NCBI RefSeq assembly: GCF_001194135.2
Contig: NC_068981.1
Location: forward strand, 51,282,656-51,346,655
Length of the DNA stretch: 64,000 bases
Reading direction: 5' to 3'
From: Octopus bimaculoides
Lineage: Eukaryota
Shown here: one piece after another, positions 26,030 to 40,439 of the stretch
Layout: the number at the start of each line of letters is the position of its first letter
Numbering within the stretch: the first letter of the stretch is position 1
The notes under the pieces: generated by a model
The model's database searches: none
What the model was told of the DNA's origin: nothing
The model's input: only the letters and a program-made list of their open reading frames with translations
Made by a program: the position numbers and the translations under genes

Positions 26030-26900
26030 TTATCTTTCCTGCACTTTCACCACAAGAAACATCTTCTGATATATGACATCTGGTGAATTAGGGGGTTTCA
26101 TATTACTGCCTTCAAGTGTGTTTCCCGCCACAAAGTGGGATTATCTGGAACTCTTGATACGAGGAGATGCAGTTTGGTTTTGAAGATCATCCACCTATAT
26201 GATCTTGTAGGTTGCTCAGGATTTTTGAGTGGATACTAAAGAGCTGTGGGCCCTTGAAACCAAGCTGTTTCTGTATCTTCGTCTGTATCCTTTTGGTAAT
26301 GATGTGATCTTTGGTACTATGCAGTGGAACCTCATTCTGCTGTTTGTATAATTTTCAGTACCAAAATTTGGTGAATGAACTTTCAGGAATCGCTAGATGT
26401 ATATCACTGCTTATCGTTCTCACCTTCTTTCTAGGAAGTAGAGATTTAACTTTTTCAGCCTCTCCCAGCAGGTAATATGTCGTATTGAGATGATTTTTTA
26501 TGTATAGCTTCGAGTTCCGCCGTTAGGTTTTGACTGTGTAGTGACCATAGTTAAGAGCAATAGTCCAAACTGCTGAGGACGAATGTCCCCCAGAGGACCA
26601 TGGTGCTTTCCTATTCTCTCGTTCTGAAAGTTCGAAGGATTCACCCGTCCAGCTATCTCACTTTATTGCAAACTCACTAATATACACCTGGAAAGATGCA
26701 TCATTACTTATGTCAATGTCCAGGTCACGCACTGATTTTATTCAAGGATAACAATCCCTGTGGGTCCAGTGTATCTTATCTGCATTTCATACAGTTTCGT
26801 ATGTTGGTAGCGCAGGGCTTTGTATTAGACTGCATGTTTTTGTCCTTAGCCCACCTGCATATCATGCCCAACTCATGTTGCGGGTGCATGGCATTTCCAA
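26030..26900 (-). mobile_element. CR1/L2-group LINE, RT C-terminal fragment
   Basis: Minus strand ICRWAKD, KSVRDLDIDISNDASFQVYI and GFKGPQLF..L match IYxWA, VRDLGIxxSxDxxFxxHI and GPxLFNxLP. Confidence 0.75.
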
Positions 26901-27929
26901 TGTCCTTTTTTCTCTGAGAAACTTTTGGTGGCTATGTGAGTAGCTGTAGGTATGTCTGAGAAGGCCACTATGAATATCAGTGGCCCCAAGACCGTGCTCT
27001 GTGGGAAACCACTCATATATCTGTATGTATATATAAGAGCAAGAGAGAAAGAGAGACGGGCAAGCAGTCAAGCCTAGAGTCATTCAGACAAACATAGATA
27101 CGGACGAACTTCGATATGTGTTCCGCCTACCATATTCTATTCACAAGTCATTGGTTGAGATGAGTTATAACAGAAAGCTTTTTTCTCATAGTGAACCATG
27201 TGGTTGAAAGAGAGCTTCTCAAATTATAGTCATAGATCACATCATATATATTAAGATAAAGTTACATTTCTATAAATGAAATACAGTTATTTCTGACTTG
27301 CATCCACATGAACATTTCATGTTTAGCGTTTCTGGAAATCTAACTATATAATCATCTCAACAATGGGACTAAGATTTGTAGAGCAACGACTAATGAAAAC
27401 AGTGCTAAACCAGATTGAAAATTTAATGAGATTTCAGCGATCAATGACAAGTCCGAATTTGAACACTAGATTTGCTAAATTAGTAGATTTTTACGTGCGG
27501 CTCATACAATATATTTCAATAACAAAATAATAGCCTGATCAATGGTGTTTTCTTTTTATTGTCTATGCGATGTTATTTGTACATTCAAAAAAGATTTCCA
27601 TGCTATAAAGAAAAATATGATAATGTTAAACAACAATGAATTGCAGGGGTGGACTGCTATGTTTTTGTTTAGATAATATATACAAATATCTACATATTTA
27701 ATTTTATAATCGCATAATACAAGCTAAAATATTTTTCCTTTAAATTGTTGAATAACTACTGCAAAAATCATTTATATTAAAGTATGTGAAAATATGTCAT
27801 AATTGCAGCAAGACTAAGTGGATTTTATGTTTCAAGTAATCATTTTCGATGTTCAATATAAGTTAATCCAACTTATACAATATCCATTATTCAATCAAAA
27901 GAAAATTGAAACCATATGTAAGTACTTAC

Positions 27930-28059
27930 GTAAGCATTCTTTTGCCTGATTTTAAAGTTAAATTTCTGACTTCTCTCGCACATGGTTTCCCACGGGAAAG
28001 ATTTATTATACCGAGTATTTACATGCAGACACAGCATAAGTAGTTGAGCATGAAATCCT
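27930..28059 (-). CDS. weak candidate exon (130 nt)
   Basis: Minus strand attccattccttcgtag|AGGATT...GCTTAC|gtaagt; one open frame GFHAQLLMLCLHVNTRYNKSFPWETMCERSQKFNFKIRQKNAY, no recognisable domain. Confidence 0.2.
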
Positions 28060-28099
28060 CTACGAAGGAATGGAATTTTACACACAAATTCTATTTAGA

Positions 28100-28232
28100 T
28101 GCGTTACGTCCACCAAAAGTAGCAGTTCGGTATATGATCCGATGAAATAAGGCTTAAAAAATATGATCAGGAGATGATTTGTTCGACGAAACCCATCAAA
28201 GTGGTGCCACAGTATGGCTGCCGTCTAATGAG
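28100..28232 (+). mobile_element. degraded SINE family C copy
   Basis: GTTACGTCC...AGCAGTTCGG...GATTTGTTCGAC...GGTGCCACAGTATGGCTGCCGTC. Confidence 0.5.
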
Positions 28233-29618
28233 GGAAACGAGATAAAAGATGATAGACTAACAGAATCAAGGAAACGCTGATAATGACATTTAGCAAACAG
28301 TAACTGGTTGAGTTTTGGACTTCAACAACTTGTTTGACAACCAGCAGAGTGATAATGACTTCACTATATAAAGTAGGAATAAGAACATTACAGTCAAAAC
28401 TAATACTGAACAAAACTATCTATAAATGAAAGTCCATTGCTTTTTTGTCTTTTTAATAATCTTATCTCATAGACAAAGTAAACACTGATAATAACATCTC
28501 AAGCTAGTTAAAAATATTAGGGTATTTATTCCGGTCAACAATTAGAAATTTTCAAGCAAATTGGTTATTTATTTTTTGAAGTCTATCACCTTTCAAATTA
28601 CTACCCTTTTCCACTATTTCTACGTGCCGAAGAGGGAGATTCTATAAGTCAACATACATATATATATATATANNNNNNNNNNNNNNNNNNNNNNNNNNNN
28701 NNNNNNNNNNNNNNNNNNNNNNNNNNNNNNNNNNNNNNNNNNNNNNNNNNNNNNNNNNNNNNNNNNNNNNNNNNNNNNNNNNNNNNNNNNNNNNNNNNNN
28801 NNNNNNNNNNNNNNNNNNNNNNNNNNNNNNNNNNNNNNNNNNNNNNNNNNNNNNNNNNNNNNNNNNNNNNNNNNNNNNNNNNNNNNNNNNNNNNNNNNNN
28901 NNNNNNNNNNNNNNNNNNNNNNNNNNNNNNNNNNNNNNNNNNNNNNNNNNNNNNNNNNNNNNNNNNNNNNNNNNNNNNNNNNNNNNNNNNNNNNNNNNNN
29001 NNNNNNNNNNNNNNNNNNNNNNNNNNNNNNNNNNNNNNNNNNNNNNNNNNNNNNNNNNNNNNNNNNNNNNNNNNNNNNNNNNNNNNNNNNNNNNNNNNNN
29101 NNNNNNNNNNNNNNNNNNNNNNNNNNNNNNNNNNNNNNNNNNNNNNNNNNNNNNNNNNNNNNNNNNNNNNNNNNNNNNNNNNNNNNNNNNNNNNNNNNNN
29201 NNNNNNNNNNNNNNNNNNNNNNNNNNNNNNNNNNNNNNATATATATATATATATATATACACGAAATGTCAGTCAAACTTGCTTCAAATCACTCATTTTG
29301 TCGAGAAAGGTCGGATATAATAGAAAAGTTAGTTGAAGATTGACTTTCATTGAATAACAGACGAAATAGTAATGACTGGAAAGCTTCTGGTGATTTGATC
29401 AGGACTAGCATCGTATAAATAAAAACAACAAAAATCACACAGCCCAAACAAATGAAACGATTTCACAAATCACATACACCATTAAATCTGCAAAGAAATT
29501 ATAAAACCTTCAAGAGTTTCTATTTTGAAAGCTGTGTTCCTTCTAGTATGTTGATAGATTCCTTTGTAACGGCTCCGAACTCCATTGAAATCATCCTCAT
29601 CTACAACCATACTACTAA

Positions 29619-29790
29619 GGCGGCGAGTTGGCAGAACTTTAGCGCTCCTGACAAAATGTTTACCGGCATTTCGTTCACCTTTACATTCCGATTACAAATT
29701 CCGTCGACGCTGACTTTGTCTTTCATCCCTTTGGGACCGATAACATAAGTGCTAATTGAGTACTAGATTGACGTAATTGACTTACCCCAC
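29619..29790 (+). mobile_element. tRNA-derived SINE family B with Meta-domain-like core
   Basis: GGCGGCGAGTTGGCAGAA head; GACTTTGTCTTTCATCCCTTTGGGACCGATAACATAAGTGC resembles the recalled MetaSINE core (GCCTTTCATCC..GGGGTCGATAAA..AGTAC). Confidence 0.7.
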
Positions 29791-31911
29791 GCCCCAAAAT
29801 GCCGTTTTTTTACCAAAACTTGAAATCAGTTACAACCATACCAAAATAACTATTATGCATCATTAGTTAGGTGAATCACGTGTATATTTAACGTAATCCA
29901 CAGGTAGCGTCATGTATACACGCATATCCTAAAGGTTCATTTGAAAATCCTTTAGTAGACATTTGCGCATGGTGCCCTACAGAGATCGATACTGAATTCT
30001 CATAATTCCAAAACGAATATAGCCATCCAGACATTGTGCAATGACCACTGTCATTGACTGACAAATACGTACACTCTACAATTATTGTAACTGTTAGCAT
30101 GCACCACGCCATCGCAGTTCCTCAACAACAGCAACTACTTAGATAAATAAGTAAATAAAACAATCAGTTAAGTATTCAGTTCAATTCTTTTGTAAATCAT
30201 AAGTACCCACAGGTCGGCGTGTATATCTGGTTTCTGTAGCAATTAACTAAGTCGAGGTAAATCTGTGGCAGCATTAAATCTTGATCTGTTTCAGCTTCTT
30301 CTTCGCTTCTTAAGTTTAACAGAGCGCAAAATGTTAATTACACATGGTTTGCTAGACACCGTAAAAGTTGTATGATGTAACTCTACCAGTTACCAATAGC
30401 AAGTAAATCCCTTTGTATTAGTTTCTCTCACAAAAGAGGACATCTTTTGCTTTCCTACATCTTCAAAAGTCATGAAACTGTGTAGAGTTCTATAAAATTT
30501 CTGTTTTTTTTTTCAAGAGCACATGCCACCTAAGTGAAATGTATATATTTTGTTGCAAATTGATTCAAATTTATATTAATTGTAATACCGATTTCGTAAA
30601 GTTCACCATGATAATCATAAATACTTATTGCAAATGTAATAACAGGATAATTTAATATACTCTAGATTGATCACGTTGCCTGGAATACTAGTGAAATATC
30701 CTTCACTTAATGTACCTTTGTTCCATGACAGTTGGTAGAAAGAGAGGGAAATGTCTTCAAACTAGACACACAATCCTAAACCTCGCAAACAAATGGGGTT
30801 TGCTAAACGTACCCATGTGTCCTGTGATAGAATTTAAGTCAGGTGACTGATTGCAGAAACCAAAAAGAAGTGTAAATAATTACCCGAACACTTTCCAAAC
30901 AGTTTCCTTCCTTCAAATTAACCCGCATGGAGCTGGTCTAAGCGATACTATGGTAGTAGACGCTTTCACAAGGTGCTGCATAGAAGGAATGAACCTGAAA
31001 ACAGAGTACAGAGCAAAATTCTTAACCAGTGTATCAGGTGCTATAAAATGATTGTCAGAATACATAATTTAGTCAGACACACATTATGTTTTCAAAAAAC
31101 TAAAAACGAATTGGCTATAGTTGGAAAACTTTTTAGTATCCTGCTACTTGATCAGAGGTAAGCAGAGATCTAGGCAACACAACAACAGCAAAAACAAAAT
31201 CTATCAGATCACCTGACTAAATACAGGACAATGTTTGTTGCTTGGTCAATTTACATGATAGAAATGATATTGAAACCTTTATTAAATTGTACCAACTGTT
31301 TAAAGAAGGATGGATTTTTTGGCTAATGCAGTTCCAGGTTCAGTATGTTTAAAGATATTGGGATCAGCGTATCGAAAATTACTTTGATCATACGTCTGCA
31401 CGATAGAGCAGACATAGGTCTAAACAACAACAATGATGACATTTTAGTATGCATAGGAGAGCAATGAACATAATACTTTATAGTATGTATATTAACAACT
31501 TTATTAATCGTAGTCCAAATTTCACTAAGTTGGACATCGATTTAGATCTCTCTTACATTAATACATTATGTAATATATATATACTGTGGTCATCAAAGTC
31601 CTCTATTACACCTTCTAAAAGAACGTTTCATACTACAAGAAATCAATATTTACTACAATGGTGTAAAAACAACATATTTTAATGTTTACTATTCTATATT
31701 TACCCAATAAATTATCAACAAATCTTAGAAATGTTAAAAATCAATATCTAACCAATAAATTCTTGTCGTTTCTATTGAAAATTAAAATATTACGAATTGC
31801 ATTCATGTGCATCTGCATTTATGTATTATATATATATATATATATACATATGTATGTGTGTGTGTATGTATGCATATTGAATTATAATACACACACACTC
31901 ACACACACACA

Positions 31912-31963
<52 letters not shown>

Positions 31964-33960
31964 TATATAGATGCATATGCTTGTGTGCATTTATATACAT
32001 ACGTCTGTATGGTATTCATATTAATTCACACATATTTTGATGTGGTAGGCCAATAATTGCACAGATTATATTAAGTGTTAATTTATTTTATATTTAATCT
32101 AGTGTTCAAATATATGGCGTCCGGAATCATTAGGATACATATATTATATGCGATTTCCACTGTTTTTCCAAAATATATTACAATTTAAAAGATTTTATAA
32201 ACTCTCTGTGCATATGTGGCACATAATTCCTCACGAATATGCATTCACATGCCTAAACACACTCACGTACTCATACTCATGACACGGATTTTTTTGAAGA
32301 TGCATATTGTAAACTTCATCAATACGGGTAATTGTTTCGTATTTATACTTAATTGCTTTTATTTTTCTTATTTTTGATAGCATAGTCTTTTGTGTCATTT
32401 CCCTTGGAGATTTTATATTTTGGCACAGGATGTTCTGTCTGATGCAATTGCGATTTACAAAACCTGAAGCTCATCATGAAGACACAGAAATATTTTCATT
32501 CTTAGCAATCTCTCAACATAACGAGGTTGTTTCAAATGCTCAACTGTTTTGTGTCATTATTACGCATATTGACACTTTTTTATAAATTTGAATGTTAATA
32601 TTAAGTTTATATATTCATCTTTGTATCTAATCAGGAATACAAATTTTATGAATGCAATTTTCAATTAAAACAACGTATAAATTTCAATTGCAATCTAATT
32701 TTCATTAAGACATTATGCATGTTATGTATGTTGACATTTTGCGACGTGCATGCTAATAAATTTAACATTGTTGGTTCTGATATTCATGCTAAAATCTCGT
32801 GATTGCTTTTTATATTTTACAGAATTAATTCAAGATTTACTTCTATTGTTAATTTCTATATGCATTATTTATTTTCATTATTTATAAAGACACATATACA
32901 ATCTATGCTGAACAATGTATAAGAGCACTTTTAAAAATGTTCCATTATATTCTGTAAATTACAAACAATGTAACAATTACAATTATTGCAATTATTCTAT
33001 CAGGCATTTTATAATGCTGATAGTGCTAAAAAAATCTTTTCTCCTACTACACTGAAATTTTATTTATTCATATAAGCTATAAATAACTTGCGTAATTAGA
33101 TTAGCAGCTTTCAGAAAAATAAGCCATCATACATTCTATCCTGTGGAAAACTTTAGTAAGACTTCTTGTTTTGCTGATGATATTTTTCTGTTGAAATATT
33201 TTTCTGATAATACTTAACTTAACTGATATAGTTAATACTTAACTGATATTTTTCTGTTAATACTTAACTACCGATTTTTAGAGTGTTATATTTAAAAATA
33301 CAATATTCTATTCACTCATAATAAGAATATTACGATTTTATCACAACAAAATATTACGTTGTATTTTAACTCGTTCGGGACCCTTCAAGTGCTGCTCCTC
33401 ACTCATTTTCTTTGCATTGACTCTTCAACATAACATTTGTTGTTTCATAAAATTATCGTGTCAAGGAGCATTCCAACAAATCTAGTAGGGAATAGCCATA
33501 TTAATTGTCTCCTGTAAGTTGAGTGACTTGCACGAAACTGGCAAGATACGAGGTAGCAGCACAACATTAAAGTTAGAAACAATTATAGCCTTGCAATACG
33601 GTACTTGGAGGGAAACATCCATGCTGGCTGCCCCCTACAGATTCACCAACATTTCCAGTTATATATATATATATATATTATGTTATATTATATTACATAT
33701 TACATATAAATATAATATGTATATATGTATATATGTATATATATACAAAATCTATATGAAGATAAACATATCTGTACAAGCATATAGATATTTATATATA
33801 TTGATAAGTAAACATAGCTGTACATCGAATGTAAATACGTTTTAACTGGAAGCTCAGATGTACGTAGTAATTCTAATATACATAATTAGCAGATGACATG
33901 TGCAAACAGTTTATGAATATGAAACAATGAAACCAATAGATGATTGCATAGAAACATTAC

Positions 33961-34034
<74 letters not shown>

Positions 34035-34040
34035 GTTCTT

Positions 34041-34132
34041 ATGTAATCGTGATCAGACATAGACTCCCCCCACTGGGAATCCCACCTTTGACTAAGTGCA
34101 ACATAGAAACATGGCAGCTGCAGAAAGAGAGG
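34041..34132 (+). repeat. ~92-bp dispersed repeat, copy 1
   Basis: ATGTAATCGTGATCAGACATAGAC...CCCACCTTTGACTAAGTGCAACATAGAAACATGGCAGCTGCAGA aligns with 34791-34883. Confidence 0.85.
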
Positions 34133-34239
34133 CAAACAACAGACATTTTTTTATATAAAATAATAAAATTGCATTGAATTTATCTTTTAATGATGAAATT
34201 ATTTAATTCTAATTTATATTTATATATATTGTATATATA

Positions 34240-34390
34240 ACGACGTTCGACCAAATCCCATCACAAGGTTTTGATTGGTACAAGGTTATAGTAGGAGAGG
34301 CTTGCCTTACACCTGCCACGCAATAGGACTGAACCCGGAACCATGTGGTTGGGAAGCGAATTCTTACAACAAAGTCACGCCAGCAACGGT
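34240..34390 (-). mobile_element. SINE family A copy
   Basis: CCAAATCCCATCACAAGG...TATAGTAGGAGA...GGACTGAACCCGGAACCATGTGGTTGGGAAGCGAATTCTTAC. Confidence 0.75.
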
Positions 34391-34790
34391 GTGGTTTTCA
34401 TTTTATTCCAGTCATATAATTGTATCAACTTTTTCCAATTGTTTCTGCAGTTCTTTCTTTTACTGTTGTTTAAATTAAGAGTGAGACTTTTATATGGAAA
34501 GTAAAATACTGTAAATCTTCATTAATCAAAATTAAACTGTAGCAGTGATAATGTTATTGAAATGAAGACAATATTGTCATGACAAAAATAATGCTGGCAA
34601 TCTTTGGTTGATTACCAAACAAACAACTTACTTAAAAAGGTAGAATGTCTACTACTTTTGCTGAAGGTGCTACTTACCACTAAAATGTTAGTTACATTGT
34701 TTATTAATAATTGAATATCTTATCCGTCTCTTGCAATCGTCTGCGACCTGGAAGTATGTACTACAATTTCGTTAATTATTTTAAGCACTA

Positions 34791-34883
34791 ATGTAATCGT
34801 GAGCAGACATAGACATCCCTGTGGGAACTCCCACCTTTAACCAAGTGCAATATAGAGACATGTCAGCTGCAGAGAGAGAGAGG
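34791..34883 (+). repeat. ~92-bp dispersed repeat, copy 2
   Basis: ATGTAATCGTGAGCAGACATAGAC...CCCACCTTTAACCAAGTGCAATATAGAGACATGTCAGCTGCAGAG. Confidence 0.85.
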
Positions 34884-34906
34884 GAGAAGGAGGGAGACAG
34901 ACAGAC

Positions 34907-34956
<50 letters not shown>

Positions 34957-35018
34957 GAAACAAAGGAAGGAACGAAAGAAACAAAATAAATATAGAAAGA
35001 AAGAAAGAGTAAAGGAGA

Positions 35019-35091
<73 letters not shown>

Positions 35092-35135
35092 AACAAACAA
35101 ACAAAGACAGACAGACAGACAAAGAATAGAAAGAA
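34884..35135. repeat. compound (AAAG)n/(AGAC)n microsatellite
   Basis: Visible arrays. Confidence 0.95.
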
Positions 35136-36344
35136 AGAGACACAGAGAACTACTACTCAATTCCGGCTGATATACTAGAGGAAACCAAAAGACGTGTCTT
35201 ACCCCGGGGAAACATGCGCTGCCCACAGCAGGAATTAAAATCACAAATATATAATCGTGAACCGAATAACGTAGAAGACTGAGTACTGAAGACAAAAGTT
35301 CGCGCTCCAAATTCGTCAGTTGCTCTCTGCAGGTTCATGTTAAAATGTGATTGATTTTATCCACAAGTATATATGTGTGCGTGTATGTGTGTATTGATAT
35401 ATTAGTTATAGTTGTATCTATACATGTTTCAGATATGTCTGTTTATATGTGGATACTGTTTAGTGATAGAATGGGTAGGAATACAATGTTAACAGTGTTT
35501 AGCGTCACAACATATATGCGTACAGAGAAATTAAGAAGGGCGTATATATATATATATGTGAGTGTGTGCGCGCGTGGACAGTCCACACACAAGCACACGC
35601 ACACACGCACATACATGCATGCACGCATACTTACATTCGTACATAGACACATTGAGTATGTGTATGTGTGTGTGTGTATGTGTGTGGATTTTTAAATAGG
35701 ATTTGGTAACAGTATTTTCTATTTTTCCAAATTTATTCTATCATACTTAATTATATTTATTTAATTTTATCCATTTCAGTTCAATTATTTATAGTTTGTT
35801 AATTGAAAATTTCCCAATTTTCATTTAATACAGACGAAAATATTTCATCTTTTACAGGTATTAATAACATAGCATTTATCTTTTCCAGAATTATGTAAAT
35901 GTAAAAATTTTAATTCCAAGTTTCGGATTTTTTTCTTTTTTTTTTAAATTTTATATTTTGTAAGTCAGGTGATCCGAGACTGTGTTGAATCCAAGCCTAT
36001 TTACTTTGTGGAAAGCCATCTTAGTAATTTTAAGAACTCAGAAATGCGTTATATTCATTCTCTTTTTATTTCTGAAGTGTCAGCGAACAAAGCTCAGATC
36101 GCTGCAAGACCTTTAACACAAAAATAAATGAGGAACGGATATCACAGACTTTTCTTCGATATTAATAGGCTACGATGACTCTTTCACGATGTAACTAGCT
36201 GTCAGCTTATTAGTTACAATTGTTAAAAGTAATAAAATCCAAAACTATTTCTTTTGGAAGATGTCACAGGTTTGTATATTAATGTGTATTATTTAAATTT
36301 ATGAAAGAGGCAAACTGATAGAATCATCATATCGTCGTGAAAAA

Positions 36345-36475
36345 GAGTGACGGCATTCGATTTGGCATTCGATCTTTATGTTCTGAGTTTAAACCTATCG
36401 AGGTTGACATTACCGTTCATCCTCCAGTGTCGATAGAATAAATTATCAATCGATTACTAGCTTCCATGATATCGT
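36345..36475 (+). mobile_element. degraded SINE family B copy
   Basis: GTTCTGAGTTTAAACC..CGAGGTTGAC..TTCATCC..GTGTCGATAGAATAAA. Confidence 0.55.
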
Positions 36476-38059
36476 CTATCCTTAGTCCTGTCAAAATTTA
36501 ATGTCATGTGCCTAAATCCAAATCATTGATTTTATTTAATCAATAATATATATAAATACGTTGAGAAATAGTAGACTCCCAAGAAACAAGTGATTTACCT
36601 CAGCAAATAGTTTTCTGTCGCACAGCGAATTAATTTATTCCACTATGTAATGTAAGATTTTTAGAGTAAAAATGCATGCAGGTAGGCACAAAAACCCACG
36701 TGGAATGTCTTGACAAACAATTCTTTTCGAAATCGTTAATCCTTCGACCCAAACTGCCAATTTTTTATTGCTTTTAAGTTGTCGACTAGCACCATATATT
36801 TTTATCAGTATCGTAGAGCCTCCGAAGTTCATGCATCTGATCTTCTAACCTCTTGACTAAGCCATAGAGAACAACACAAATCCTCATTTTCTCTTGATTG
36901 TTCATAGAATTCAAATGAGAATATTTTGATGGTTGCACGTACCGGTCCTTGATGTGGACTTTCGATTACAGTGGGACATGTGAATTATTTGATGAAAAGA
37001 CTAGGTATTAATCTGCATGACTGACTCTACTCTCCCTTGTCATGTTAGTTCTGGGGATATTTCAATTTCGTATCTTCACTCTCTTCCAGCAGATGGACAG
37101 CAATAGGTTCAAATAAGGTTGCCTACAAAGGCAAACAGTTGGTAGCGATACTCGCCACTTCTTCGATCAACCAGCCGGGGGTAATTATGGTGTGGCTGAC
37201 TGTAGAGCTTCACGCAGATGAAAGAAGTGAAGTCTATATATATATATTCAAATCTATATATACAGTTGACGCCGCTTAAGAGTAGATTCAGTGTTATTAG
37301 TGTTTGTTCAATCAAGAAACTCAGCCTGTGCAACCTATTTCGCAAGTAGACTGACAGTATCTTTTGTAGACATTAGACATTAGACATTAGATGCATTGTA
37401 GACGACTGTAAGTGGTACATATCACACATTCATGTAGAAGAGATAATACACAGATTACCTGATGATTGACAAACGACAACTTGAGTATAGAGGCGGAGTA
37501 GTTTATTTGGAATGACCCCATTTTTGGTACATCCAACGGTTACAATGGCCTGTGTGAGGGATTAAGGAATGTGTGTAGTAAGAAGTTGTTAAGGTATACT
37601 GATGTATTTCAATTGAAAAGATTTGATTAATTGCTGCTGTTGAAACGAGTAAATAGGAAGGGAAATGGAAGATTGTGCATAACGTTAACAGATTAGCTCA
37701 TTTTTATGAATGCTAACTAACAGATCCATCCTCAAATACGTTGTAACAGTTGCCCAGTTGGTGGCGTACAGGACAACGTCTGAAATGTGAGCTACCAAAG
37801 CACAGTCATCAACATACTATATTTTCATATTCTCTTTATATCTAAGACAAGAAGTGGCCTGAAATATTTCCAACTTATAAGATTATAATTAGTCGTGATG
37901 CATTTTCCAGCCTTCTGCATAAAAACATGACTACATAGATTAGGAATTATTAAGTTTTACAAAAGGACGAAATCCTAGTTTTATGCTCACGTTCTCAGAT
38001 TTCATCTCCCGACCATCCAGAAAATTAGCTGGCTCAAAAATAAGTTAGGCGCCTTGTGA

Positions 38060-38330
38060 ATGAATGTGGACATGATACCAAATTTTCTGAGAATATCGTA
38101 CAGATGGCCCCTATTATGTTTGTTACAAGCTTTTGATAGTTCCACGCGGTCAGTGAGCAATTCCTAGCCTTCTTTCTTACAGTTCTGAACGTACCTTGCA
38201 CAGAAGATTGGATCTACCACATTTTCGACCAAGTAAAAGACACATTACTGTAGTGGTGTAACGTTCTCCAATATGGATCGATGTAGTATTTGAAATATAG
38301 CCTTATTTAGGACTCTTCAACCCAAAGAAA
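38060..38330 (-). mobile_element. RTE-like LINE RT fragment
   Basis: Minus strand VDPIFCARYVQNCKKEG*ELL..VELSKAC..NRGHLYDILRKFG matches DMIFxxRQxQEKCxEQ..L...DLxKAFD..R..LWxILxKxG. Confidence 0.5.
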
Positions 38331-39009
38331 CGTAAGAAAAGGCAACACAGACACACATACAAATGTAAATGACCTCTTAGAAGGAGTAATCTGGTTATTC
38401 AGACTTTCTATATACCTAGTTATTTCCAACGTCAGATATTCATCAAAGTTCTTTATTGGACTAATGGTAACCAACAATACTATCTTTCAAAATTTATTAT
38501 AGAATTATTTTTATTAAAATTACTAGTAGAGTGTGAGTCTACATGAAAGAGCAATGATGCAGGATCACACGGCTATGTCAATCTCACAACTATTAAATAT
38601 ATTTACGAGTATTTCTAGTCAATAAATCACAGACTTTGTGTCGCAGAGAACACCCAGTGCTAATAGATGCAAAGGGATGGCCTCTGTATAGTTAACATAC
38701 CACAATCAAACAAACTCGTCCTCAGTAGCACAAATATTCAATGGATAAAAGAATAACATAATAGAATATATTTGAATGGAAAAGAATACCAGAAAAGACT
38801 TTATTATCATATTACGATAGAGTGGTATTATACACATGATGTTAAATACTGAACATAGAGTGCACATAAGATAGGTAAGCAATAAACTAACACATTAAAG
38901 TGACGAGAAAATATTATTTATTAACAGCATATTGCTCTCCTGCTACTCTCTTAATCTCTGTATCACATTCCCACTCCTTTACTTTCCTTTAATTTCTCTT
39001 CCTATATAC

Positions 39010-39212
<203 letters not shown>

Positions 39213-40439
39213 TGGATATTATGTGCATATATGCATATGTATGCAAGTAAACGTATCTTACCAAATTGTGTGTGAGGGTTATCTTCACTGTCCTCTACAC
39301 AGTTTAGACTTGAACAGGGTAGTAAGAAAACTTTGTTCTTAGCTTAGTTCAGTCAGGTAAAACAATACTGCAATCACCAACCCGGTTGCAGATGACTTGT
39401 CAAACCATGTATGATACGGAAGAGAATACGTTTAAAGCACTGTCTTGAAATATAATAACATTTCAATCCATGCTGAATACGTTCTGGTAAACGTGAAAAT
39501 TCTGATTACTATTGTGTTTCGCCAACAAACATCTTCTACTCGTTTCAGATGTGTATTCATAACACATGCGATTCCTGAATGTAAAGGAATTTGAGTGTTA
39601 TCACCATGTCTCGACCTCATTGAGCTGCTCCCTACAGTACTTTATACGTATAAATTGACACACATCACAAATTACATTTCAATAATATAGACCCAACACT
39701 TGCATATTTGCGAAAGTCTCGATTATAGAATAACCACATGAAAAATTCTCATTACAGATGTTAGCTGTCGCAATCGTAACACATCAGCCTTTTGATGAAT
39801 TGTATAGACCCTGGCGTTGGAGTCTATAAATATCGACGATGATTTGTATATATCTCAACAGAACGCAATTGATTATATAGTAGAAGTTTGGACCTACTTT
39901 GCATTTTTGTTAATTTTATGCCCCGTCATTATCACAGTCGATCACTGAGCTTCCCTACAGAGTAATCGGATCAAATAAACACAACGATCTGCCTTCGACT
40001 CTAGGCTTTCATCCTCAGAAGTCACACTACCCAAATATCTAAAGATATTTACCATGTTTACAGTTTTTTTTTTTTTTGTGTGTGGTTAGAATTTTCAGAC
40101 ATGCATGTTCCAACACATTGGGCTTATGTTGAATCAAAAAGTCAGTTTTTTCAGTGGGATTTGAGAGGTTTTTGTGTCTTGGTTTGTTTTGCTTTGTTAT
40201 GCTTGTATTTTTTTGTACATTTCAGGGCAGTTTTAAAGCTATCACCATACATTCAGTAGCTCATTCTCAAAAAGATATGTTAAAGGTAATAAACATTACT
40301 ATTACTTTGATCTTAACACAAATCGTAGACTTGTACGGGCATAAACTTCACCTGTTACTTCGCTCAATATGTTTTCAACCGTGAAACCCAATAATAATAA
40401 GGCTGCATTGAAGTGATTACCTAGATGTCTTACTCACTA

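Noticed and set aside
31121-31163. Strong plus-strand donor AG|GTAAGC with a 37-nt upstream segment
   Set aside because: Weak acceptor, no recognisable peptide and no linkable neighbouring exon.
38183-38232. Plus-strand exon candidate (strong acceptor, LNVPCTEDWIYHIFDQ)
   Set aside because: Lies within a segment whose minus strand matches RTE reverse transcriptase.
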